From NCBI GenBank assembly GCA_013265495.1, contig MU058059.1, positions 3,819,502-3,883,501 of the forward strand: a DNA stretch of 64,000 bases, read 5' to 3'. How positions within the stretch are numbered: position 1 is the stretch's first letter; every line of letters begins with the position of its first letter. A program made the translations under genes and the position numbers. Positions 24,326-37,430 of this stretch are shown here, piece after piece. A model generated the notes under the pieces. The model searched no databases, was not told where the DNA came from, and saw nothing but the letters and a program-made list of their open reading frames with translations. This DNA comes from Vicugna vicugna (taxonomy: Eukaryota).

Positions 24326-25772
24326 TTGGCTCCGTTCAGTTCTCATCTTTAAACATTCCTTCAGTTTCTGCCTACTTTTGGTAGCTCTCCAGTAGCTTCT
24401 AGCTGTGACCTTTTTTTTCTTTTTTTGGCAACATTTTGTGCAGATTTTGTAAGTGTTATCTGTAGGCTCTTGGAGTGCTCATCTGGCCAAACTTCTAGTT
24501 GTAATGCAGACAAAATTCTAACCTTCAATGAGTTCCTATTTACCTGGGCTGTCTAGAATGAACCTCCTTTTCAGTAAAAAAAGGAGTCCTTACTGAAAAG
24601 AAAGTACACTAAATATTTTGTATTTAGCCTTTTTTGACCTTGAGAGTGTAACAGAGTTGGTGCTCCAACAGGGAGAGTCCTGGAGACCTTGACCCACATC
24701 CTCATGCTGCCTGAATGCTGACCCTGGGAGTTTGATTTTGCGGCAGGAGAACTAAACAGTTAACTTTGGTGAGCCCTGCAATCTACTCAGCTAAGACTTC
24801 CCTCCTCATTATTTGTCTCCTATAGGCCATAAATCCTCCCTGGAGAACCGTTTTAGTAGGAACACGATCAGAGCGTCCTACGACATGTCAGAACCTTGCT
24901 TAGGGAAGCGCTTAGGAAATGTGGGTTCCCAAACGTCTTGGGAACAAGTAAGTCAAATGCAGTTTTTATGTGTGATGTCCTGTTGTTTCATAGGAGAGGA
25001 GTCCTGCGTTTGCCAGTGTTTTCAATGTCTGAAGGAACAAATAAGACCCGTCCAAGGGAACCAACCTCAGGGGTTTCCCAGGCACAAATATGCGCCACAT
25101 GGTGAGGGTCTGGAGCAAACTGTGCCCCAGGAGGAGAGGGTGGTTCCAGAGACTTCTCCGGGTCTGGCTTCGTGGTGGTGTTTGTGTGCAGACATAGTTC
25201 TCCAGGCATCTGCTAGGAAGCTTCTCCCCAGATCTCTTCCAATCACGCAGAAGTTAACGAGCTCTCAAAGGGAAAATGACTTCCATTTCGGCCTGTGGAG
25301 CATTTGTTTATAGCTGGGCTTGCAAAAAAGAATCTGGAATTATTTATTGGTAATTTGCACATTACTAAGTAACAGATGGTCTACAAAAGAGAATCTCTTT
25401 TGCAACTTAAAAAATGGTTGGATTTCCAGTGCCTCCTGTGGAAGGAGTCTCACGTTTCCTGAAAAGTCCTTCCAGGGACCCAGGCTGCAGAGGCCAGGCC
25501 AGTAGCCCGGAGATGGCAGAGATCTGCTTGGAACTCAGAGCCCCTGCCCGTGACTCGGGGTGGTTCTGCCTGTGAATTTCCGTCTGTGCGATCACTGTGT
25601 GGTCTCCTGGTGACACCCGAGGACACTGACACACTGGCGAGGTTCAGGCTGGGACCCACGACTGCGTTTGTCCAAAACAACTGAGTAATAATACTAATAA
25701 CAGTTTCACATCAGCTTTGTGGATTTGCTGCAGCCAGTGTCCTAATACAAAAAAGAGGAGAGGATGGCAGAA

Positions 25773-25799
25773 GGGAGGAGGGGAAGGGAGGGGAGGGGG
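25773..25799 (+). repeat. Polypurine G-tract cluster (G-quadruplex / H-DNA potential)
   Basis: GGGAGGAGGGGAAGGGAGGGGAGGGGG has five runs of 3 or more G with short loops. Confidence 0.6.
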
Positions 25800-27734
25800 A
25801 GAGAAGACTGACTGACTGGGAGAGGGGTGGTGCTGCTCCCAACAAGCATGTTCAGGTGCAGGTGTTTGGCTCTGTTGGATGCCCAGGGACAGCAGTGCCC
25901 ACTCAGGAAGCCCTGGAGCTGTGTCCACGTGGGCGTCTGCTGCTCCCTGAGGAAAAGTCCGGGTGAGTCCAGGCCTCGGGACACAGCCCTCCTGCCACCG
26001 GAGCCGCGCTCTGAGAGAGGGTGATGGGGAGGGTGACAGGACCAGCTGGTGGAGGTCCTAATGCCCGCGGGACTTCAGTGAGATGTGGGGTGGACCGCCC
26101 GGCGCACCGCTGCCAGCTGAGACCCGGGGAAGCTGCTTCGTGGCCTGAGGGGTGGGGGTTGGGGGGGCCATCTGGAAGGTTGAAGAGTGGCCCAAAACCC
26201 ATTTTCTGTCCTTAGAGTGAGGACACAGAGTAGGGAGAGCTGACTCTCTGAACCAGGAACTCGTAAGGGCTTAGCGGGTAACCAGGATTATTCTCTTTCG
26301 AGAAGAAAGACAGGCAGTGCTGACTTGAGAGCCTGAAATTACTGACAGCGGGCAAGAGGCCCACTGGGGTTCCGTTTCCACTCCAGGCACCAGGAAAAGA
26401 GCCTGGGGTGGTTACAGATGCCCTTCTGGGGCTGCTTGGGTTTCTAGAAGGACTTTGTATGGGAATTAGTCCTGCTGAAACTACTCAGAGTCTGAGGCCC
26501 AGCCTGACTTCGGCCCCTCCTGTACCCGCAGAAGACTCCAGCTCTTTAGTAACTAATCCGCTTCTTTTGGTAGAGTATTCTTAGTGTCTGAAAGACCTTC
26601 CTGTCCACTGTTTCACTGTGTGTATATCATTTCATCTTTTAAAATGGTTTTGATCAGTCCACCATGAAATCATTTACAGCAAAGCTTTCTCTTTGGGAAT
26701 GGCCGTTACAGTCCTTTAAGCTCTGTGTGAATGACTGTGGTTTATGATATTTGAATTTTTCTTTAAATGATCAGGAATCAAGGGCGAGCTTTCATAAAAA
26801 AAAAGAAGAGACTTTTTATTAGAAATTAGAAGATTAAATCTATGTCATTCAAGAATAAAAGCTATATGCCCACACTGATCCCGTGGTGTATTTGAGGGCT
26901 GATTTAATTGAATTAGTCAAGAAAAGACAGATAAAAAGGAATTATTCCTCTCCTAACAAATGAAAATTGACTGTGGATAAAATAAACCAGACGATCAGTT
27001 AAAAGTTCAGTGTTTCTGGTTCAGACTCGGGGTGAGTCCACAGGGTCTGTGCGCGGTGTGGGCTGAGCCCCGGGTGGGGGCCAGAGGTCTCGAGACTCAA
27101 GAAGCTGAGACCTGGGCAACTTTGTACTTTTTAAAAATTTTGGGCTCTCAGTTTCTGAGAATGAAATTTAAGTTACGCAACCAATTTTTAAAACCACCTT
27201 TTCCAGAGCTTAAAAAAATTTTTTTAAGGCAAGTCATGAGGTGTTAACTCCACTTACCAATTTGTCCTCAAACATTTATGACTTAAAATCCCATTTATGG
27301 ATTTAAAGTAATTGCAGCCTGTGTGAGTGTGTCATAAAAACACGTCTCCTCAACTTCCCTCAGAAATAAACAAATGCCCTTGAAAGAAGTTTGGAATACA
27401 TTAACTTTTCTTTCTCTTTGGAACAACATGAAGTGAATTTATTTGAGAAGTAATTTAGGCAGCAGTAAAGATTCTAATAGCTGGTGAAGAATTCACTAAC
27501 GGTCTTTATCTGGGGGCTGTGCCTGTTCGGCTCAGCCTGTTAGCTAGTACTTCCCGGTCCGTCTCCAGAGAACATTCTGAGCTTGAGCTTAGAAAAGGAC
27601 CAGCACGAGGCTTTACATCTTGAGCTGCTAAGACTCCTCTGCCTGCAGACATCTCAGGGATTTTGTTCACTTCACTTGTCAAGGGCAATTGAACAGAAAT
27701 GGCTTCACGTGTCTCAGCTGGCTCCCCGCCTCTT

Positions 27735-28027
27735 TTTTTTTTTTTTTTTTATTGAAGTGTAGTCAGTTTACAATGCTGTGTCAATTTCCGGGGTACCGCA
27801 TCATGTTTCAGTCATATGTGTACGTACATATGTACCTTGTCACGTTCTTTTCCATCATAGGTTACTACAAGGTGTTGAATATAGTTCCCTGTGCTAAGTG
27901 GAAACTTGTTGTTTATCTGCTTTATATATTGTAGTTTGTATCTGCAAATCTTGAACTCCCAATTTATCCCTTCCCACCCCATTTCCCCCCAGTAACCATA
28001 AGTTTGTTCTCTGTGTCTGTGAGTAGG
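27735..28027 (-). mobile_element. Young L1 3'-tail insertion (~290 bp)
   Basis: Poly-T, then TATTGAAGTGTAGTCAGTTTACAATG...GTTTGTTCTCTGTGTCTGTGAGT. A 12-bp TSD TCCCC(G/A)CCTCTT is read at 27723-27734 and 28028-28039. Confidence 0.92.
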
Positions 28028-28719
28028 TCCCCACCTCTTGTCACAAGACCCCAACAAAGGAGCTGACACGTTTTCTGTAACTTGTAGAAACAAATGAAAT
28101 CACTGCTTCCTATGTCCTGCCTCCCCACCCCCAAATTCTAGGACCTGGGTCCATTTCATCCAGCTGTGGGAGAGCCATTGGACCGCTGAGGGACCGCTGA
28201 GGGGATGGGCACTGGACCACACAGTTAAAGAGGAAGTCACTGCCATTCCTCTGAGTGGAAAGTCAGGACTGACACCAGGATTTCAGCAGACACCAGTAGT
28301 CATTTAGAGCTGAATTTAGTTCCTAGACGTGATTGACGCATGTGCTGCACCAGTTTTAACCACCTTCCAATTTGGCAGAAAGTAAAAAAGAAAAGAATTC
28401 TCAGTAATATTAGACAGGAGCATAACTTGGCTAGGAAAGGAAGATCATTATTAGGAATTTTTTAAGCGACATATTTCTGTGACAGAGAAATACATAGAAC
28501 TCTAATCTTAAAGGTCTTTCAAAGTCAAAGATGGGGGCCTAGTAATCAGCTGAGACTCATGAACAAGAGCCCAGAGGTAACTGATTCTCCAGTGAAACGT
28601 CTGTCCCCACAGTGTAGTTACCTTCTAGACGGCAAATTGCAACAGGTGTTTTTTCATCCTGACTTTGTAGCATCTTCCTCGATATTTGACAGCCCTGGCC
28701 ATCCCTGCGCTGACCTCTG

Positions 28720-29420
28720 GCTTCGCTTGACTCCCATGGACCGTCTCCTGCCTGGAGTCCTTTATTTTCCTGCTCCCCACTCCTCGGCCCACATCCCAGG
28801 CTCTCCCCTTCCCGGGTCCGCATCGTCAGTGTTGGCATGTGTCATCGTGGCTTCGTCCGCAGCCTGTCTTCTCATGCCTCCAGCCTCCCTGGGCGATTCC
28901 ATCCAGGCCTGTGGCTTCCGTTACCACCTGAACACTGGCTGCTGTCCCTGGCCTGACCCGCAGACCCAGTGCCTGCCGACGCCCCTTCCTGGATGTCTCC
29001 GAAGCTCTTCAAACTGAACATGTCCAAAACAGAACACATCCTCCTCCTTCACAAACTGGCTTTCCCCATTGCCTTCTCCAGAAACAGGAGAGTTTTTCCT
29101 CTGCATCCAGTTGACCTGCCAGTCCCATCAGTCGTTTTCCCCTAAGTACCTACTTCCCCTTCTCTGGCCCTGCTGTCCTGGTTTAAACAGTCATCTTGCC
29201 CGTGTTGGATTATTTAAGTAACTGTCCAACTGATCTTCAAGACTTTCTCTTTCCCCTCAAACCATCATCCGTTCCGCTGCCCGAGTAATTTTCTGAGATG
29301 CTAACAAGTTCACATTAACCCGGAGTGTTAAGCCTCTGCCAATCCTCCGTGACTTTAAGGTGGTTTCTGAGGGTAAGATCTTCTGGGATCTGGCCCCATC
29401 TCACCTGCCCAATCTGGACA
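28720..29420 (+). mobile_element. LINE-2 fragment
   Basis: CCATCCAGGCCTGTGGCTTCCGTTACCACCTG...CTGGATGTCTCC...CTTCAAACTGAACATGTCCAAAACAGAAC is a hallmark L2 passage. Confidence 0.75.
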
Positions 29421-29789
29421 CCTTGACTAGGATGCTGAGAATGTCCCATCAGGTCCACTCAGTGGACCACGGCTGTTCTGCATGCCTGCGGTGTCCACTG
29501 TCTGCAAGGCTAGTGCTGAATCAGAGACGGTGGGTAGCTCGGGCAAACCATGTGGCGGTCAGAACCTGCAGGGAAAAGATACATGTACCTTTCATTACTG
29601 CGTCAGTAGCTGAGATAAAGGCACGTCTGTTTTATGACTCATCAGAAAGACAAAGAGGAGAAAGACACGACCTGGAAACATCCAAATTCAAGGCTGATGA
29701 GCAGCGGCACGGGGGTAGAGGCCAGGGCTTCTGAGCCGCCTTTGTAACATGGGCAGAGGCTGATCCAGACATGTCACCCATAGGAGAGA

Positions 29790-30020
29790 AGAGCAGAAAG
29801 TCAGCTCTTCAGCAGTGCTTTACGCCTTGTTAATGGGAGACAGGGGCCGAGGGCCCACCACCCGGAGCGTGCACGGGGGTGGGCAGGGCAGGGGTGGCCC
29901 AGAGGGGACCCTTCAGACAAGCAAGGTGGGAGAAGCCAGGGCATCTGCTCTGAGAGAAGGCTGCGGAACATTCCAGAGTCAGAAGGGCACCGGGCTGGTC
30001 TTGTGGGTGAACCTCAGGCT
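29790..30020 (-). mobile_element. LINE-2 fragment
   Basis: Purine-rich reverse L2-like text (GAGAAGCCAGGGCATC...GGAACATTCCAGAG). Confidence 0.35.
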
Positions 30021-30825
30021 ACAGGGCTGTGGCCGCCTTGGATTAGCTTCTTTCATGGCAGTCAAGTTATCGTGGAAGGACATCAGACTGGCCGATGTCA
30101 GAACTTCATAAACACAAAGGCCTTCAGGAAGAACTGCCTTCTAACAGTTCACTTCCCACTTATGATTTTAAATAGTCCCTGCTGGCCCTCATTAGCTTGT
30201 CCTATTTATTGTCCTGTTTTGTTCTGGCAGGAGAGCCTAAGGCAGAGGGTGACTCAGAGGGAGCTGGTGGCAGTGAGGGCCGCCAAGGCAGCTGAGTGGC
30301 CTCTTCCCAGGGGAGCGAGGAGCATGAGGGGGTTGAGGCACTGGCTCTGGACCTGGCCAGCCAGCGTTTGCATTTTGTCTGCCCTTAAGGAGTGGGTGCG
30401 AGTAGGTTACTCAATCTCAGCCTTGTCCCTTGTCTGTGGCGTGCAGATGACAGCACCGTGTACCTGCATCTTGTGCATCGCCTGTCATAATGGCCAGGAC
30501 TTCATGAAGTCTAGCCTCAGCACAGGCACACATGGGCACATATGGGCACACATGCACATGTGCACACACATGCACGCACACAGGGTCAGCCTCGCCGACG
30601 TCAAGAGAGCTGTAGTGAAGCGGCAGGTGTCAGCCTGCTGGGTCAGAAGTCCTCTGCAGAGTGGGCTGGATGCTGTCTTGATGTTTATCTGTTTTCCAGC
30701 AGAGTATGAGGAGGCTGTAAGGGAGGTAGTGGGATCTCAGAAACATCCAAACTCTGCAGAAGGTTTTGACCTCCCAGCCATTTGCAAAATTGTATAGGTT
30801 TGAATCTAAGCTCTGCCGTTCAAAT

Positions 30826-31073
30826 CAGGGGCCAGCATGCTCTGGTTGCTGCCTGTTCTGGGGCAGCCTGTGAGCAGAGGATGGTTTTTACCTTTTTAAA
30901 TGGTTGAAGAAAACCAAAAGAATACTAATTTGCAACATGTGAGAATTGTGTGAGATGCCGTGTTTATGGTGTGTCGTCTGCGGTGCCCTCACACCGCTAG
31001 GGCAGAGCTGACCTGTGACAGAGGCTGAGACGGTCACATCTGCTCCTCAACAGACAACGTCTGCCAGGCCCTG
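30826..31073. mobile_element. hAT-Charlie MITE, MER58B-like
   Basis: Imperfect TIRs CAGGGGCCAGCA ... TGCCAGGCCCTG, with internal GGATGGTTTTTACCTTTTTAAATGGTTGAAGAAAACCAAAAGAA as in MER58B. Confidence 0.75.
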
Positions 31074-31089
31074 GGGTGCAGGTCACGGC

Positions 31090-31220
31090 ACTCAGTCTCC
31101 CTGGGCCTCAGCCTTCTCGTCTGTAGATGGGAGACAGTGATTCCCAGCTCACAGGACCCTGGGAGGATTGGATGAGGTCACACATAACTTGCCACACTGT
31201 AGCAGAGGCACAATAGCCAC
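31090..31220 (+). mobile_element. MIR fragment
   Basis: CTGGGCCTCAGCCTTCTCGTCTGTAGATGGGAG...GAGGATTGGATGAG matches the MIR core. Confidence 0.7.
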
Positions 31221-34200
31221 AGACAAGCCTCTGCCCCTCCTCCTCTCTCCTGCCCTCCCCAAGGACACAAGTGTCACACACCCACGGTTGTGCAAAGAGC
31301 AGGCAGTGGTGGCATCTTGACCACATCTGTGCTCTGCTGGCTCCCGGAGACTGACAGGTGGAGGCTGCGCGTCATTCTTCATCGTGAGGGAGGCGAGCTC
31401 AGTCTGCTGTCTCTCAGCCTCCTCCGTCCTGGGCCCTTTTCCCTCCGGTGTATCAGTTATCCACGGCCACAGTGACACCGCACAACGACCAGCCCCGACG
31501 GGTGGCACACCCACACTGATGTAGCTCGGGAGCCCGAGGCTCTTGAGGGATCAGGGTGGTTCCCTCACATTCCTGGTCTGGCTGTGGGCGGCCCTGGGCA
31601 GCCTGGCTGGGCCACTGGTGCTACAGCTGCAGCTGGGATCCAAGTGTCTCTCAGCCTCCCTGCCAGCGCGCGCGCGTTCCCACGCCGATGCCAAGGGCAG
31701 GGTGAGGGAGCCCATCGCCCGAGGCCTTCAGGCCTTTCATCTGCCTCATTGGCCAAGACGGGACTCAGGGTGAAACTCAGAGTCCGGGGCTGGAAACACC
31801 CTCTCCTTCCTCACGGGGGAAGCTGTGAAGGCCAAGTCAGGGGGCTCCCTTTGCTTCCCCCAACCAAGACCTGATTTCAATGCAGGTTCCTAAGCCCATT
31901 TGTAAGCACGAGTGGGTTTGAAAGGAGTAACACAAGTTTGAAAACTGCTTTAACTGGGAATAAGTTGGAGGGAGAGGCAGGACACCCCAGTGGAGTGATC
32001 TCAGGCAGCGAGCAGCTGCAGTGTCAGGGTAATGGGGGGAAGAGGACCTGCCTGCCTGTGTTTCGGGGGGCATGCCACCTAGGTGGTCCCCACGCGGCTG
32101 GCTGGCAGCGGGCGTGGAAATGGAAGCTGTTTCCTTGGGGAACTCTGACCACATGACTGTTAAAAATCCCTTGGAAACCCTGACAGCTCCCCTCGCCGCC
32201 TTCAGATGTCTTGGGCTCCCTGGCCTCTCTCCCCACCTCCGCTCGCGTCAGAATTCTGCCAGAAAATACGTTTGTTCTCTGATTGTCATTAGGATTCACC
32301 GAACTTAGAAAATGCTCCAGGCGTTTAATTCACCGATTCTTTTAAAACCGCTCTCTTTGTAGGTCTGCATTCTGCTTGGGGAACCGGTGTCGAAGCTCCA
32401 GTTTGTTCATCTGTCATGACCCCCTTTCCAGACGTGTTCTGCCTCTTTGGGGAATATCACCACTTTTTACATATTCATGTCCAGTGGTGGGAGTAGCAGT
32501 TACTGGTTCTGGGAGTCCTTTGTGAACCACTGGGAGAGCACGTGCATGTTACGAAGTGGCATTTCACTCGTGTGGCCGAGAGGTCCCCTGGAATGGTTCT
32601 TATGTTTTCTGTCCCACCCAGAGCATCCAGTCATTGGCTCTTCCATGCATTAACATTCAGTGCACTTTCTGCCATGTTCTGTGCTCTGGGTCCCAAGATG
32701 AGTCAAGCGTGGACTTGTTCTCTGGAAACGCAGTCCCATGAGAAGAGCCAACGGAAAACAAGCTCCCAGACAATGCTCTCCTATCTGGGCTGGGCACGTT
32801 GAGCCACGTGACGCCACAGCCTTGCGGCGGTTGAGACTGCAAGGCATCTGGCCAGGTTCCTTCCCTGTCTTCTGGGGAAGACAAGGTTTCTGGTTGTCAC
32901 AGGTCCCACTGCACAGCCCTCTTGCTCTCTCCTTATCCATGCGGTTCCCTTCACTGCTTCAGAGGGGATGAAAATTCCACCCCTGTGTATAAACGCAGCC
33001 AGCGTTCACCCCCTGTGCAGCGAGGGACCCGACCCTGTGCTGGGTGCTGGGTGCACAAGATCTGGCCTTTATTGTGGCAACAGCCAGGGAAGTTACAGTA
33101 CCGCCCGCGTGCGCCAGTCCTGTAAGGACCCGGACGAGGGGGACTGGACTGAGGGGAATTAAGGAAGTTCCACAGACTCTGGGAACCAGCTCTGATGGCT
33201 TCCTTCAGTTAAGTTCGTTCAAACACGCAAGCCTTTATGTAAACATCAGCTCTTCTCTCAGTGATTCTGTGGGATTTCTAAAATGTGCATCTATTTAGTC
33301 TGAGATGAAATACTGGTTATAGGATGAAAAAAATTAAACGCATTCCTCAGCGCTCGGGCCCCAACCGCAAACTGAACTCCCCAAAAGAGTCATTAAATCA
33401 CAGTGTGTGCTTAAAATAACAGATTTGAAAGAAAAATGTTCCAGGACATTAAACTTCAAAATGATCTCTGAGTGTAATCCCTTCTGCTCTTGGGTCTGGA
33501 CATCATTTGGGCCCCCCTGAAACATCAAGGGAGAGATTGGCATGGAGATTATGGGAGGAAACACACACAGGCCTGCTGAGTGAGAGCATGTCCCCGGGGA
33601 CGCAACATTCCCAACAAACAGTTTGTGTGTGGACATCAGATTCGGGAATCAGCTTCAAAACCCAGAGATCACTCTTTTCTTCTCTGAAGGTTCTGAGAAA
33701 GTGGGTATGAGCAGGCTCACCTGGGCTGGGGATCAGGAGTTCCTCTGTGGAACCCAGGAGGGACAGGTCAGGTGTCTTCCCTCAGAGGACGGGCAGGTCC
33801 TGAGGGCAGGGGTTTTGGAAGGGACGTGGGTGTGTCAAAGTCACGAGAAGCCTTTTGTGAACTTCCCTCCGTCCCTCTGGGGAGAGGGGGCTTCTGGCCT
33901 GCTCCCTACGCTCCCCAAGGAGCCATGCTCCCGGAGAAGCCAGCCAGGGCAGCCTCAGCACCTTTGCATGAGAAGTGGCGCGGGCTGCCATGGGCACCAC
34001 GTGAGGAAGCACTTCCCTGCCCCGCCCGCAGTCCGCCCCAGCCGGAAGACCAGACGCATTTCCAGGACCTCCCCGTGAAAATAGCATGTCCAGGAGCAAC
34101 GACCGTCTGGCTTTGATTGGTGGCTGGGTCCTTACTCTCTGTCAGAGGAAGTCCAAGACCAGGCGGGAGCAAGAGAGAGAGTCAAGGGGAGGGGTGTCCT

Positions 34201-36199
34201 CACCTCGGGCCCAGGCCAAACCCAGGGGCAGGGAAGAACTAGACACCACGTCTTAAAAGGAATGCTTCAAGAACTCAGTGTTTACTGGAGACAAAACACA
34301 GAGGGTAGATGACAGGGTTTCCTTCAAATGTTTGAAGCTCTATTGTTTGGAGGAGGAAAAAGCTATGTTGTGTTTGGCTCCAAGGACAGAGTTAGAACAG
34401 AGAGGAAGAGAGTGTATGGGCTGAGGCTCTGCCTCCGTGTGAAGAGTGTTCTAACAGAGTCGTCTAGACAGCAGTGAGTGTCCTCTGAGGACGGAGAGGG
34501 CCTGCCTTTGCACTTGTCCAGGGAGAGCCAGAGAAGCACCTGTCGGGGGGCCGGAGGAGGTGCCTCCGACGTGGGGGGGGCAGGTTGAACCGACGACCGT
34601 GGCTCCTGGTAGAAGCAGACCCGCCATGAGCAGCCCAGGCCACTGTCCCTGCTGGCGGGAGGGGTGATTCATCAGTGTGTCTGTGGGCTGAGTCCTTCTG
34701 AGCTGGCAAGGGGGGGATGCTGTAAACATTCTCCTGCTCTGCTCCATATTTGTACAAACAAATGTCTTTTTACTGAAACTAATGTAAATATGTGCTTACT
34801 AATGAATGCCTCTCCCAAGCCGTGACGAACCACACAGACCTCTTCTTCATCCCAAATATCTAAGCCCAGTTGTTTTACACATTGACCAGTTTTTAAAAAA
34901 GAGTCCACGTTGGTCTTAATTCTTAGCTAGAGAAATCACTGATAACAAGTCCAGAGACACAGAACTTTCCAGAGAAACAGGCCGTAGATGTAGGTAGAAG
35001 TGTGAAGTCGTCTGGTGAGCACACGGCACAGATGGGGCCCAGTGTTGACGGGAAATTCCGGTAACCACGATGGCGGGGCTCTGGTCTTTGAAAGAAACAC
35101 AAGAGCAGACAGAAGGTTGGGTCCTTGTTAATCCAGCAAGCACACCAGTCACCAGGGAGCCAAGGGTGGCTACGAGGGCCTTTTTTTACTGAATGATACC
35201 CAGTCTCCAAGAGAAAACAGAGTAGAAGACCGTTTGCCCAATAGCCTAATAAGTACCAGAAGCCTCCTCACTCTGGGACCATCCTGTGGGGATTTAAAAA
35301 TGAGCAGTAAGTTTTATAGTTGCAGCACCACGATAACAGAAGAATAAGTGTTGTGGTTTGTGGCTGATGGTGACGGCATAACGCTGAGGTTGCAAATGGC
35401 CCTCCAGGTACAGTCGTGGGGACCCGGCGAGCTGCACACAATGGCCAACGTGACACTGTCAGACGGCTTCATGCGTGAGACTTTCACGATTTCATCCAAC
35501 TACAGTCGTTTCCCGCTAAGCTGACCAGACTCTAGATTCAAACAGAAAAGTAGGCATTTGAAGCGGGAAGTTGATACCGGCAGGTCTTTCCTAAGGACAA
35601 GTTCAGTCGTTTTCCACAAGCATTTTACAGCAGACCTCGACGATATGTGATCTCGCTGAATCCCTCACTGCAAGTCACCAGGATTTCCCAGTAAATAATA
35701 TTTCTGTGCATCTTCTGTTACCGCATGATGTTTGGGGGCCACGTTTTGGGAAATTTGTGAGGATGGCAGCTTTAAGGCCTCCTACTTTCTCTGCGAGATG
35801 CTCCCAGAGGCTCCTCTCCCGGGACGGGCATCTTGTCTCCCCTCCTCCTCCGGCTCTCAGCACGGGTCATCCCAAGCCCTGACACAAAGCTGTTTCTCTG
35901 GGCAGTAGGGACCTTCCTGGGTGAACCGTTGTCCTCCCCCCAAGTCGCCCCCCTGTTGGTGGCTCTTGCTCAGATTCCTGATGTGCTCTGCTCATAGTTG
36001 TCTTCAGGGTTTCTGTTATCCAACATACCCCTTAGGCCACCATTGATCACCCTCTTCATGTTGATTTCCCCTCCTTTCCATTTTGAGTGAAAGAGACCAT
36101 CTCGACATGGTTCCCCGTGAGGCTGAACATTGGCTTCAAGGAAACGCATTCCTGAGGGTGGCTGAGGCTACCTCCATTTTCCAGCTGGAGACTGGATCC

Positions 36200-36255
36200 C
36201 CCTCAGAGAGGTTAAGTGATCACTCCAGGTCACACAGCTTCTAAGTTGCACACCC
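36200..36255 (-). mobile_element. MIR fragment
   Basis: CTCAGAGAGGTTAAGTGATCACTCCAGGTCACACAGCT. Confidence 0.6.
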
Positions 36256-36659
36256 TGAGTAAGCCCTTTCCAAGGCCCAAGGAAGAGCTCAGCACGTTGG
36301 GATTCATAAATCTGTGTTCTTTTCCTTTAGAGGGGCCCCGACTTGGAGTGGAACCTCAGCAGACTGTCCTCCTTCGCTTCTCCTCTCCAGAGCAGAGCAC
36401 AACCAGCCCCAGGGTGGGTGCGAATCCATCACAGGCTGGACATGTCTTCTCTGTGGCCCATAGTGCTGCCTTGCTTGACCCTCTTACCACCTCCGCGAAG
36501 TGGGTTTAACAGACACTGCGGTCGCAGAAGGATCAGGAGCGGTCACGTGGTTTACTGTTTGAGAGCTGGGTTTGGAATTAGTCAGACGACTGTAGGTTCT
36601 TCACCCCATCCCTTTTCACGAGTGAAACAGGGACACGGTGGCAGCCAGGGCAGGGGCGT

Positions 36660-36730
36660 GTGGATCACTGAGACGCGGTTCAGAGAGGTCAAGCACGTTT
36701 TCTAGGTCACCCAGCTACTGACTGGCAGTT
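36660..36730 (-). mobile_element. MIR fragment
   Basis: GGTTCAGAGAGGTCAAGCACGTTTTCTAGGTCACCCAGCTA. Confidence 0.55.
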
Positions 36731-36964
36731 CTTCTGAGAGATAACCAGTGCCTGCCCACAGCGCCCCGACCCCTCTTCTGTCACGTCCGCCTCCATTAGT
36801 GATGTGGTGTGAAGACGCGGGAGGACTGAGTGGCTTTTCAGGCCACACAGCAGGCACGGGGCGTGTGTGGGGGGCGGGGTGGCACCGTCACAAGTTCTTG
36901 GCCCATCTCTTTACAACAGGTTTGCCAAGTGCCTTAAGATATATATCTGGCATCAGGTAGCGCT

Positions 36965-37430
36965 TGTTTTAAAATTAGAGAACAATGTTGAGAGAATTAA
37001 TATCCTCAAAAATTAGTCATTCTGTTCAAGAACGTGATTAATTCTCCATTCACTCAAATTCTATTTGACAGCATTTAATTAAATTTTAACCCTTTTCTGA
37101 ATAGCTGTTATTCATGACTTGTTCATTTCTGATGCTTTACAGATACTGTTACAATTGTGAATGGCATATTATTTTCTCTAATATTTTCTGGTCGATTAGC
37201 TCAAAATGTTACTGACTTTTGAAACTTGACCTTGCTGGACTCTCATTGCTTCTGACGGGTTTTGTTGAATTTTCTATGATGGTGTCTGAAAATAGTGGTA
37301 GGTTTATCTCTTCCCTTTCAGCGATTACACTGGCTTGCTTTCTTTCCTTTCTTCTTTCTTACTTTCTAATGGCGACCAGCACGTACGGTACCAGCTCCAG
37401 CTGTGGCGGTGATAGCACGCGGGCAGCAGG
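36965..37430 (-). mobile_element. Ancient L1 ORF2 (RT-region) fragment
   Basis: AT-rich reverse ORF2 text (GAGAATTAATATC...ATTGTGAATGGCATATT...GAAAATAGTGGTAGGTTTATCTCTTCCCTT). Confidence 0.65.

Noticed and set aside
29674-30752. Shared GAAACATCCAAA (KHPNS in both translations) at ~29674 and ~30741
   Set aside because: Only 12 nt of identity and the flanks do not align, so it is consistent with chance.
30003-30797. Longest ORF in the track (264 aa)
   Set aside because: Starts in L2-derived sequence, crosses a CA/TG low-complexity tract and has no recognisable domain. It is probably a chance ORF; only its last 32 codons are kept as a weak exon candidate.
34799-34862. Minus-strand segment ending in GTAAGC (DIWDEEEVCVVRHGLGEAFI)
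   Set aside because: Poor acceptor, weak exonic donor context and an unrecognised peptide.
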